NCBI RefSeq assembly: GCF_001194135.2 | Contig: NC_069001.1 | Span: 39,483,945 to 39,547,944, forward strand | Direction: 5' to 3' | Source of the DNA: Octopus bimaculoides | Lineage: Eukaryota | Length of the DNA: 64,000 nucleotides | Shown: in pieces, positions 1 to 10,640 of the stretch | How positions within the stretch are numbered: position 1 is the first letter of the stretch | How the letters are laid out: each line of letters begins with the position of its first letter | The notes under the pieces: generated by a model | Databases searched by the model: none | What the model saw: the letters and a program-made list of their open reading frames with translations, nothing else | What the model was told of the DNA's origin: nothing | Made by a program: the position numbers and the translations under genes

Positions 1-33
<33 letters not shown>

Positions 34-657
34 AGCACTACGAAGAAGGCGACTATAAGCTATATAAAACCAATAAATGAAAAATATCATTTGTCAGGAA
101 TTATGACTGACGGTGCAGGGTAGCATTTACATTGCTAGAAATAAGAGCTAAAAGCCCTTACGGCCGGCCGCAAAGAAGTACATGACTATGCACTGACAGG
201 GGCGCCCCACTGTTTTGCTTTAAATTAAAAGCTCATCATTGATGATTACCCCATGGCTGGATTGTGTGGTTAAATTCCAGCTGGCAGTATATAATGCTTA
301 CCGTATGAATCAGTGGTATATATGCGCACAAATATGAATGTTTTACACTGACTCAAACAGGAATAATTGTATAATGCAAATACATACAGCGTTACTTATT
401 CAATATTCGATTTGGCAGAGTTAAAGGGACAGAAGGAATGAATAAAGCGGAATACATTCAGCCTGGCCCATTATTTGAGGATATATACGTCAATATATGT
501 ATGCATGTATATATATATATATGCATACATACATTTCATTTCCTTTATTATATGAGTATGTATATAAATATCCAAATGCAAACATTATACATATACAAAT
601 ATATATATATATATATATACACTAGCATGCCTACACACACACACACACACACACACA

Positions 658-1450
658 NNNNNNNNNNNNNNNNNNNNNNNNNNNNNNNNNNNNNNNNNNN
701 NNNNNNNNNNNNNNNNNNNNNNNNNNNNNNNNNNNNNNNNNNNNNNNNNNNNNNNNNNNNNNNNNNNNNNNNNNNNNNNNNNNNNNNNNNNNNNNNNNNN
801 NNNNNNNNNNNNNNNNNNNNNNNNNNNNNNNNNNNNNNNNNNNNNNNNNNNNNNNNNNNNNNNNNNNNNNNNNNNNNNNNNNNNNNNNNNNNNNNNNNNN
901 NNNNNNNNNNNNNNNNNNNNNNNNNNNNNNNNNNNNNNNNNNNNNNNNNNNNNNNNNNNNNNNNNNNNNNNNNNNNNNNNNNNNNNNNNNNNNNNNNNNN
1001 NNNNNNNNNNNNNNNNNNNNNNNNNNNNNNNNNNNNNNNNNNNNNNNNNNNNNNNNNNNNNNNNNNNNNNNNNNNNNNNNNNNNNNNNNNNNNNNNNNNN
1101 NNNNNNNNNNNNNNNNNNNNNNNNNNNNNNNNNNNNNNNNNNNNNNNNNNNNNNNNNNNNNNNNNNNNNNNNNNNNNNNNNNNNNNNNNNNNNNNNNNNN
1201 NNNNNNNNNNNNNNNNNNNNNNNNNNNNNNNNNNNNNNNNNNNNNNNNNNNNNNNNNNNNNNNNNNNNNNNNNNNNNNNNNNNNNNNNNNNNNNNNNNNN
1301 NNNNNNNNNNNNNNNNNNNNNNNNNNNNNNNNNNNNNNNNNNNNNNNNNNNNNNNNNNNNNNNNNNNNNNNNNNNNNNNNNNNNNNNNNNNNNNNNNNNN
1401 NNNNNNNNNNNNNNNNNNNNNNNNNNNNNNNNNNNNNNNNNNNNNNNNNT
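658..1450. other. Assembly gap (N run)
   Basis: N run. Other large gaps at about 6375-6502, 17024-17299, 40875-41410, 42194-42685, 43453-43641, 45248-45556, 50657-51596 and 61317-61557. Confidence 1.
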
Positions 1451-1547
1451 ATATATATATATATATTTAAATGTATGTGTAGTGTGTGTGTGACTGAGTG
1501 TGTTGTGTATGTATCTCTAAATATATGCAGATTGATAGATGCAAATA

Positions 1548-1589
<42 letters not shown>

Positions 1590-3011
1590 AAAAGTAGCGA
1601 GTTTTGCGGGGCTATTTTGTCGCAGTTCCGTAAATAGGAATAGCATCAAAACAGTCTGGTTATATATTTAAACATCGCCGTTTTACAACTGCCCAGTGCA
1701 GCTCTATTTTGTTCGACTCCAGAATAACTCCAGCAGAAGCTATTACATGCAAGTTACCAAAATAAAGAACTAAGCTAACTCTCTCCTGAATCACAACCCA
1801 CAATGGACTCACTAAATTTATACTAAAATCTAATAACTTGATGTTACAAACCAAATCATTGACCCACAAACACCTGACAGCTTGTTTATACGTTGCGGCC
1901 TTTATAATGACTGTCTATAACGTACGGACGCTTATCTAAACACTAGCCAATTATTTTTGTGGTAGCTCTTCTATTTTATGTATATATACATATATATATA
2001 TATACACACACACATATAACTGTAATTATTGTCTATTCAAAACAGTCCATCAGTTTTGAATATATATATATTCCGTTAGGAACTTGGTAGAGTACAGTGT
2101 AAAGCTCGTCCACCTTTAGACTTACCCAGTAGTATCGGTAGTAGTATTATATACATATTCTTCCAAGTTTAAATTTGGGTATTCGTCTTGTGTGGATATA
2201 AAATTGAAGAAGTTGGAGTCAAAAAAATGTACAACCGTACTCCTTCTTCTTGACTCCCATTTCTTCAATTGTATATATATATATATATATATATATTCTT
2301 TGTTCCATTATTGATCTTAGGTTGTCCATACAAACAATTATTATTTGATCCCAGTACAGCACGTANNNNNNNNNNACAAATCAGATTCATTCAGAATAAA
2401 ATAGTTACTGAAACTAAAAACAATTTTATCGCTCATAAAGAACAAAAATTCGCATTTCTCCATTTGAATAATTAATTCTAATGAATTCATTTGTTTTCGA
2501 TGTCACAAAACTCACTTTTGATAGGATTTAGTTGACCAACTCGGTTCTTTATCCACTTCTATATCTTTTTCCAAATCGCTAATAACACTGGTCTTCTGAG
2601 TTTTCTAATTGCAAAATCTAAATGCATTATCGGTTTTACTGCTTTCACATCAGATGGGTTTTTGTCAGGAATGCTAACTAAAATATTATTTATAATAGAA
2701 ATAGGGAAAAACACAGTAAGCGCATTTTTTTTTATTCAGAAATGTGATTCATTGATATTGCTGTAAATAATAATTGATGGGTTTCGTTTCAAATCCTCCC
2801 AAGTAGTCGACATATTGCGTTCAATGTTCCTCTTAATATCCTTAATATTCATTCATAGCAGTCGATAAATGAATGTACATTCGCTTCACATTTTAGGTTC
2901 CAATATTGCACGAAGCGGCCTGGTAAAGGAACACCATTTACCCCCCCCCCCCNNNNNNNNNNACACACAAGTTGCGTTACTGAAGGTTGACTTCTTTCTC
3001 TTGTATTCTTA

Positions 3012-3049
<38 letters not shown>

Positions 3050-3599
3050 CATACTTTGTTACTTCTCTGGTCCCCAAGTTTTCCTGCTGACAGAGATCTA
3101 CACTCTTCAACCAGAATTCAAAATACAAATGACACCACGCCATTAAGGTGTGTGTGTGTGTGTGTGTTTGTGTTTGTTTGGTAATGTTTTTGTCGCTCAA
3201 TTATTCAAGTTGAAGTGTCGTGGTTACATTCAGAATTTGTGATAAACCATACAATCAACAAATGAGTGATGCCATTTTATCTTCGAAGTATCGGGAAACA
3301 TGTCTTATCTCATCCAGTTGGGAATGATTTATATGATTCTCCCCAAAACATCGATATGCATGTATGTATGTTTGTATACACGCTGTAAATATTGTTATAA
3401 ATTATAAATATAGTCATGGGAATAAACCACAACACTTCTGTTCTTATCTCCCCAGAAACTGATATCTTATTCAAGAAAACGGAGAGCTAGAATCGATTCT
3501 TTATTCTTTGTTTCCGTTCTGTGTTGTACGGCACATTTGTCCCTACTGGGACGCTTCCAGTAACATCAGTTTTCTATGACCGCCGCCCCCCATCCTTCA

Positions 3600-4885
3600 A
3601 CACTTTTCCATATCTGTAGAAAAGGATGCATGTCATTTCGAACGTTCCTTTTCAGGGTTTAACGCATTCAATTCTAAAACAGTGAGACAGACAACAGAGA
3701 TGATTATCTTTATGAAATTATATAATGTTTTTTATAATTTTACAACCTCTGCCATATTTAATTTCTGCAACAATGCAAGGCTAACATATGTCTTCTACTT
3801 TGTATCTAGATTTTACAACTGAATCCAAAATTAATAAATCTTTCTCCGATAATTAACTGATTTTTTAAGCTTTTGAATTTTTCAGAACTGAAAGATTATC
3901 CCATGTCACCCATGCTACAATATGCAACATTTGTCAATAAAATAGTCACATCCTCCTTGTCATAGAAACCAAACCGATGAGAACATTAACCTTTCTTTCT
4001 AACAAATAAATTTGCGTAACTGAAGGTTGACTTCTTTCTCTTGTATTCTTACAACTGTGGTTTCTTCTATAACAAACCAGTAACGGAGAGTGTATTTGGT
4101 TGTTCCACCCTGATAGGTTTAGCAATTAAATTTCCTGAAATCATATCCAGCCCTTCTGCGTGTAAAGTTAACAAACGTGTTCAAAGTAGGTACTCTTTGT
4201 TTTCTTTCATTATGTTTAATTCCAACTGCCTCAGGTATTCCCAGGTATTTATATCTGGATTCAGGTCCAATCGCCTTCATCATTTCACCACTTGGCATAC
4301 ATATTGCCTTCTGTCCTTTCAAGCTTTCCTCGTCTCATCACCATCATAACACATTTTGAAAGTCAAAACACCATCGTGATATCATCTGAGAAAATCTTAC
4401 ACAGACCGGACTACGCTGTCCAGTTCTGCCCCTCTTTTGTAAGTCATCCATGAATAGCGGGTAGTTAAGATTTCCATTATCACTTCCCAGGCCATACCCC
4501 AATTTTGTCTTTTGCAGTATTTCAATCAAGGCGATCATTCCCAGCGCAAATATTGGTGGAGAGATACTGTCCAGCTGGAAGATTCCTCTCCTTATTTTCA
4601 CTTCCCCTAATCCTAGATTCTCTGCCGTCAATTCAGTTGTCCAACATTTCATTCTATTCCATATAAGACATCTCTTATATTCTGTTACTCCAAACATTTC
4701 CATAGTTTTTGCTATCCAAGAGCATGACATCATGTCTTGTGCTTTACGATGATCAATCCACACCATACTCAGATTTGTATGTCTTCTCTTGCAATTTGTG
4801 TTGATTACTTTTTCAATTAACATCTGATGTTTCGTTCTGCGGCTTCTCTTTCAACACTCTTGCTGTGTAGCAGTCCACTTTTTAA
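3600..4885 (-). mobile_element. 5'-truncated, degenerate R4/Dong-like non-LTR retrotransposon (RT to RLE region)
   Basis: Minus-strand translations KRSRRTKHQMLIEK, NLSMVWIDHRKAQDM, GEVKIRRGIFQLDSISP, LNYPLFMDDL and YKYLGIPEA match R4-clade RT motifs (WIDYRKAYD, GIFQGDSLSP, LLFMDDL, YKYLG). Frameshifts, stops and deletions are present. Confidence 0.85.
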
Positions 4886-4886
4886 A

Positions 4887-4930
<44 letters not shown>

Positions 4931-4955
4931 ATTATTATTATTATTATTATTATTA

Positions 4956-4996
<41 letters not shown>
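4886..4996. repeat. Compound (TAC)n(TTA)n microsatellite
   Basis: Directly visible. Confidence 0.95.
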
Positions 4997-4997
<1 letters not shown>

Positions 4998-5321
4998 GCT
5001 TGAAAAGGTAAATCTACTTTTGAATCTCTTCAATCGTATGACCTGTTAAATTTTCCTATGAAACACCATGAACACAAAGGTAGCGATAGTTCTTAACCAA
5101 TCAAACCAATGAGATAATAGCAACCAGATAGCAATCAATGGATGATTTGCTAGTTTCTAACCAACGAGATGACAGATTCCAACATGAAAGTCCCGATATA
5201 GAAACACAGATAAAGCTTTAAGGATTTCTCATCTGGTTTTCTACGTTTTTTAGGTTTCTCAATTCTCCTCATCAAAAGTCTGATTTGCAGTTGTAGGCCG
5301 AATGGCGTGGGTTTGCTTATT

Positions 5322-5351
5322 GGTTAAGGGTTAGGGTTAGGGTTAGGGTTA
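5322..5351 (+). repeat. Short interstitial (TTAGGG)n tract
   Basis: ggttaaggg(ttaggg)3tta. Confidence 0.9.
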
Positions 5352-5391
5352 TCGAAGGAAATAAGTGTATTGAAGAGAGGGAGCATGGCTG

Positions 5392-5740
5392 ATGAGGAAA
5401 AAGCAAAGGATGAAGGGAGAGATCACGGTTGAGATGAATGTGATAACGATAAGGATTATAATTATCATTTTGATAATTATGCTTTTGAGAAGGATGAAAA
5501 TTAGTATTGTAATTATGGTAATGGAGATGATGATGGTGGAGGTGGTGGTGGCGATAAAGAAGATGATGGCAGAAGTGGTGAAGGTGACGATGAATATAAT
5601 AATGAGGGTGGTGGTGGTGGTGGTGATGATAATGATGGTGATGAGGATGGTAGGTGAGGTGGTGGTGGTGGTGGTGGTGGTGGGATAGCAATGATGATGC
5701 TAATGGTGGTGGTTATGATGTGGTCTGCACCACCATCCAC
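5392..5740. repeat. Degenerate (GAT/GGT)n low-complexity tract
   Basis: Directly visible; explains the poly-H, poly-V and poly-P ORFs. Confidence 0.9.
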
Positions 5741-6060
5741 ATAAAAACGGATATTTTCATAAAGATAATGAGAAACTGTGAAAAAGTGTTGGCTTAATGG
5801 AATAACAATATCGAGATTGAGAAGATAACGTTGGAGAAATACTCTGCGAATATATTTACGTATTTATATATACAAATATATACAAAAGCCATATGTATTT
5901 CTTTACAGATGCACATATATATATATACATACATACATACACACGCACACATATGCGTTTTGTGTGTGTATATTGTCTACATCGAATAAGAGAAAATTTA
6001 CTCAATACAGTGCAGAGAAAAATTGTTTGTTTTGTTTTTTTGGCTTCTGACAAATAACCG

Positions 6061-6101
<41 letters not shown>

Positions 6102-6502
6102 GTACAGTAGAATGGTGGTGTGAGATCTGAATGTGTTTTCCTATAGATGGTAGGGTTTTTTTTCTTATAGGTATTTACAACAGAACAAGTAAATAGTATT
6201 TAGTTATTTCGTTCGGTTCCCATCTTTTCTCTCTTTTCCTGCGGCAACATGTCAGTACTTAAGAAATCGGAACTTACCTCGGCTCACACGCACAATATCC
6301 CTTTCCCCAATGCAAAGGCTTTCACTCTCTTCCAGTTTCATTTGTTTCCTTCTCTCACTCTCTCTCTCTCCCTCNNNNNNNNNNNNNNNNNNNNNNNNNN
6401 NNNNNNNNNNNNNNNNNNNNNNNNNNNNNNNNNNNNNNNNNNNNNNNNNNNNNNNNNNNNNNNNNNNNNNNNNNNNNNNNNNNNNNNNNNNNNNNNNNNN
6501 NN

Positions 6503-6543
<41 letters not shown>

Positions 6544-6823
6544 TGTTGTTGTTGTTGTATGTGTGTTGTTGTTGTTGTTGTTGTATGTGCTGTTGTCAAT
6601 GTTGCTACTGCTGTCGCTTGCAGCAAGTTTAAACTAGGACAAGTATCTCAAGTCGATTGTAATCTCCTGCTAGAAAGCCATTACTTACCATTCTCCATTG
6701 GTTCCTTGGACTTGTTTATTTTACATTTAGACCCATTGTTTACATCCACAGAGTTTTGAGCACTCATGCAAACACACACGCACACTTATACACACACTTA
6801 CGCACATATATACCTGTGAGTAT

Positions 6824-6889
<66 letters not shown>

Positions 6890-6990
6890 ATCTGTCTACC
6901 TGTCTGTCAATCTATCGTTTTATCTGTCTGTCTATACATCCATCTATCTATCTTTATGTATACATGTATTTGATTATTTTTAATTGTCAG

Positions 6991-7133
6991 GAAGTTACAA
7001 CAGCGACTCAAATGCCGAGAGTTTCGTTGAAGGCGCATCTGAAAGTGACGTACCAAACACGAAATATTCGCCCTTTCAGTCACTGTTGCAACATCCTGCG
7101 ATCATTCTGGGATATCGCCTTAAAGACTTTTAG
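6991..7133 (+). CDS. Candidate terminal coding exon (G)SYNSDSNAESFVEGASESDVPNTKYSPFQSLLQHPAIILGYRLKDF*
   Basis: Acceptor tttttaattgtcAG at 6989-90; 46 sense codons to TAG 7131-33; CpG-containing and protein-like. A second frame is also open and there is no homology support. Confidence 0.3.
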
Positions 7134-7144
7134 TCGAACTAATC

Positions 7145-7441
7145 GACCTCAAGACATTTTTTGAAACCCGGTACTTATTTTATCGAGCGCTTTTGCTGAA
7201 CCGTTAAGTTACGGAGATGTTAACACAACAACTCCAGTTGTCAAGCGGTAGTGGGAAAGAAATACACACAGACACACACACATACATATATGACGGGCTT
7301 GTTTTCGGTTTCCGTCTACTATATCCACTGTACAAAACTTTTGTAGACTTTTGATCAAGGTCCCATGCAGTGGGACTGAATCCGGTACCATATGGTTGAG
7401 AAGTAAACTTCTTACCACATAGCCACACCAGCTCAGTTGTA
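7145..7441 (-). mobile_element. SINE family B, diverged
   Basis: ctgaaccgttaagttacgg...gacgggctt...gcagtgggactgaatccggtacc...cttcttaccacatagccac. Confidence 0.85.
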
Positions 7442-7506
7442 CATAAGTCCCCCCCCCCCAAATCAGACTAAAACTCTTTTGAGCTGCAATATTTTATGGA
7501 ATCGTT

Positions 7507-7530
7507 GGTTAGGGTTAGGGTTAGGGTTAG
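7507..7530 (+). repeat. Short interstitial (TTAGGG)n tract
   Basis: gg(ttaggg)3ttag. Confidence 0.9.
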
Positions 7531-7689
7531 AAACTAACCGTTGGTTTCAAGTCTGTTATTACCCTTAGTAATATGATAGTCGATTCATCAGACCCGTTGG
7601 CTGGAGATGATGCATGACCTCTTTACTAATGGAGATAAGAATCTAATTCTATGTCCGTAAAGATAGCATCTTTCGTGGTTATGTAAATC

Positions 7690-8470
7690 CACAAAGCGGG
7701 GCAACTATAAAAGACAAACCGCGACGTGGCCTACTGCGATGCATTCTGCGACCGGGAAGCGTAAAGAATCGGCCAGTTTGTTATCTTCTTTAATATAGAG
7801 GTTATGTGCTTCCGGCAAGCGGGTCTGGTGAAGTGTCTGTTTTGCTAAGAACAGTTAATGGCATGAAACCAATGGTGACTTTCTGGCCAGTCACAACCAA
7901 CAACTACATAAAATATACATATTTCCCTGGCATCATCAGCAAATTAAAAACTGTCAAATTATTTTACTTTGTTTTTTTTTTTATGTACAACGATATTGCT
8001 AAGATGTTTCTGGTTGCATGGAGGACAAGTTTCTTTTATCAATCATAATACATAATAATGTCCATTTACTCGAAACGTTGTCTAGCTAACCTGAAACTTG
8101 TATTTATTTTCTTTGCAAGGAAACATCCGTGGCATTGCATAATCCGGCTCGGTTCTATTCAATTGTCCGTAATATTGTTATTTATCGAAAAGTTAACATT
8201 TCAGTTACAAACGAAAAAACTATTTTATTAAATATTTCAATAAATCGAGTTAAATCTACTTCCGGAAACATTATCAGTTTGATTTCCGAAAGCATAGACT
8301 AAGTGTTTTAAAATACACGTGCTGAGACATGCGCAAAGAGACTTCTCTTGGTAACTCACGTGAAGCAATAAAATCTGTTTATCCGTTTGCTAATGAAAGG
8401 AAATCAGATTATATCGTAAACATATTTCGCTGTATGTACATTAATTTGTTCAATATGGCGGATAAATTGC
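7690..8470. promoter_or_regulatory. Possible CpG-enriched promoter region
   Basis: TATAAAAG 7706-13; ETS-like GCTTCCGG 7808-15 and ACTTCCGG 8258-65; YY1-like AATATGGCGG 8452-61; few microsatellites. Motif-level evidence only. Confidence 0.3.
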
Positions 8471-8814
8471 CTGCAGGATTTGAAGCTGAACCAATTCATC
8501 CCCCCTTTATCAATTGACACATCAACCATTGATGTTTAAACGTTGCTGCTCGCTCGACAAGAGATTTGCTGTCGATAAAATTCTGCCCTTCGCTAAAATT
8601 ATTTGAGGATGATTTCACAAAATACACATCACGAACTCCCAGACTTTTCACAGATGACATGTTCCATGCTAAACCTTTTAGACCCACCGACTGAAACCCT
8701 GTTTGTTGCGTAATTTAATGAATTTTTCGAGTCTATTTTGGTGAAGGGTCGAACAATTGATTCTCTCAAACAATAAAATCAATACATTTAACTGACAGAT
8801 TATTTTATTGACAA

Positions 8815-8875
8815 CAACAGGATGAAAGGCAAAGTTGACTGGATTTGAAATCAGAACATGAAAAACCGGAATAAA
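8815..8875 (-). mobile_element. SINE family A fragment
   Basis: ggatgaaaggcaaagttgact...atttgaaatcagaaca. Confidence 0.6.
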
Positions 8876-9427
8876 ACAGCAAACCATTTGGCCTGAAGTT
8901 CTGACGATTTAGCCAAGCCATTGCTGTTAATACATAAAATATAAACCGAATTTCGTTTAAACTAATTTATTTAGCCTCACTGTGAATCAGATACTGGGTT
9001 TTCCCTCTGTATCGACGATGAGCATTTAGTTATTAGATGAGCTGAATGCCCTATCTTTTTTTTTAATGGAAGTGGTTGAATACTCCACAGAAACGAGAAA
9101 ACATAATGTAATTCTATGACCGAAAGTGGCAAGGCTGGACCATTGTGTTACAGCTACAATTCTCGTGGGGAAACAGATCGACAAACAGGAGAAAGAAGTA
9201 AAATAAACTGCTCAATAAATATAAGTCCATAAGAGATATTATCTCAGCACAAATTCGACACTAAGTGACCTATCAAAGGTAGCCGTACATTAACGTGCGC
9301 ACGCGCGCGCACACAAAGAAACGTAATGGAATCTATTTTTATCCTTCAAAATACCTTCTGAGTAAACTAAAATTAGACACGATATACATGTGTAACACTC
9401 TGTGTCGGTTTTAAATATTTTCTCTTT

Positions 9428-9468
<41 letters not shown>

Positions 9469-10354
9469 NNNNNNNNNNATATATATATATATATATACAT
9501 ACACACACATACATACACACACATACACGTGTGTGTGTGTGTGTGTGTGACTTGTATTTATCTTATTGTTATTTTCAAGGAACCAATATGTCTGAATCAG
9601 TCTTCTTTTATTCCAAAATGTTCAAACGTCCATGACATTATGTTTTCTTCAACGAACTAATGTAATTTTTTACTGTTTGTTTCTAATTTTAGGTGAGTTT
9701 CTACTTCTGTGACATATCTTCAAGTTGACTGAGAAATTTTACAACGAACGGTATTGTAAAGTAACATTTTTATATACAGTGTGTTTGTCGTCGTTTTAAT
9801 ACGCATTACACTTAAAATATTGTGTCTTTCAGTTTATGGATTAATGGGAAATATTCTCTGTAATTGTGTTACGGAGCGCAGTCTTCAATCGCTACCCGGC
9901 CATGTGACTTTATTGTAAGCCATCAGCTGGAATTTATATAGAGCTCTAGGCATACATGTGTGCTTGTATGGTGTTTCTACATATGTGTGTGTTTAATTTC
10001 TTAAATATTTGATCTGAACAGGTCAGTGGAACACATTTTATGTTAGTCTAATTTAATTTTCTCAACACAGAACAAGATAAATTATGTACACCCAAGATCT
10101 CTAAAAGTAGGTCAAAAGTAATTTTTTTGTAAAACCGATTTCGTTGTAATGGAATCGTGTTAGTGTTGTAACTTCTAGAATCTGTTTATTCAGATTCCAG
10201 AGACACTATTGCAGGAAGGCGAGGTAGAAAAACACTCTTTTGCTTACCAGTTTGTAAAATACATCGAAGTGGGAATGTTGGAGAAAGGGATGTAAAGAGA
10301 GTTGTTTGCCCTTAAATATTATAACTTGAATCACCCCGTATGGTCAACCGTTTA

Positions 10355-10640
10355 AGAAGTTGGACTTCGGGTTCAGTTCCTGGGCCTGGAGGTGCGTCGT
10401 GTCCTTCAGCCAAGCACATCACTTCACGTTCCTCCAGGCTATTCAGCTAGCAGTGTTATACCAGTTAAAAACTGGTGTCGTTAATTCTGCCTCATCTGTC
10501 ACATCCTCTGTGCATTATTCTCACCTGTGTCAGACATCGATGAAAGATAGAGTTGTGTCTGTGCATAATACAACACACTGAAACCATAGGGTGCCCCAGT
10601 ATGGTCACAATCTAATGACTTAAATCTGTAACAGACTAAA
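10355..10640 (+). mobile_element. tRNA-derived SINE with a CORE/Meta-like central domain and a family-B-like tail
   Basis: cgggttcagttcc...cgtcgtgtccttcagccaagcacatcacttcacgttcctccag...gggtgccccagtatggtcacaatctaatgact. Confidence 0.55.

Noticed and set aside
438-1572. Long ORFs spanning N runs (also about 6.2, 17, 40.6-43.7, 45, 50.4-51.7 and 61.1-61.9 kb)
   Set aside because: Open only because N codons are not stops; the flanks are dinucleotide repeats.
2080-2940. Possible decayed transposon ORF on the minus strand (GGRALHCTLP vaguely Pif1-like)
   Set aside because: One weak motif and many stops; needs tblastx.
5317-5740. His-, Val- and Pro-rich ORFs
   Set aside because: Translations of a GAT/GGT low-complexity tract with no splice or homology support.
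8455-8694. Read-through of two in-frame TGAs (selenoprotein idea)
   Set aside because: No redox motif, no recognisable SECIS element and no homology.
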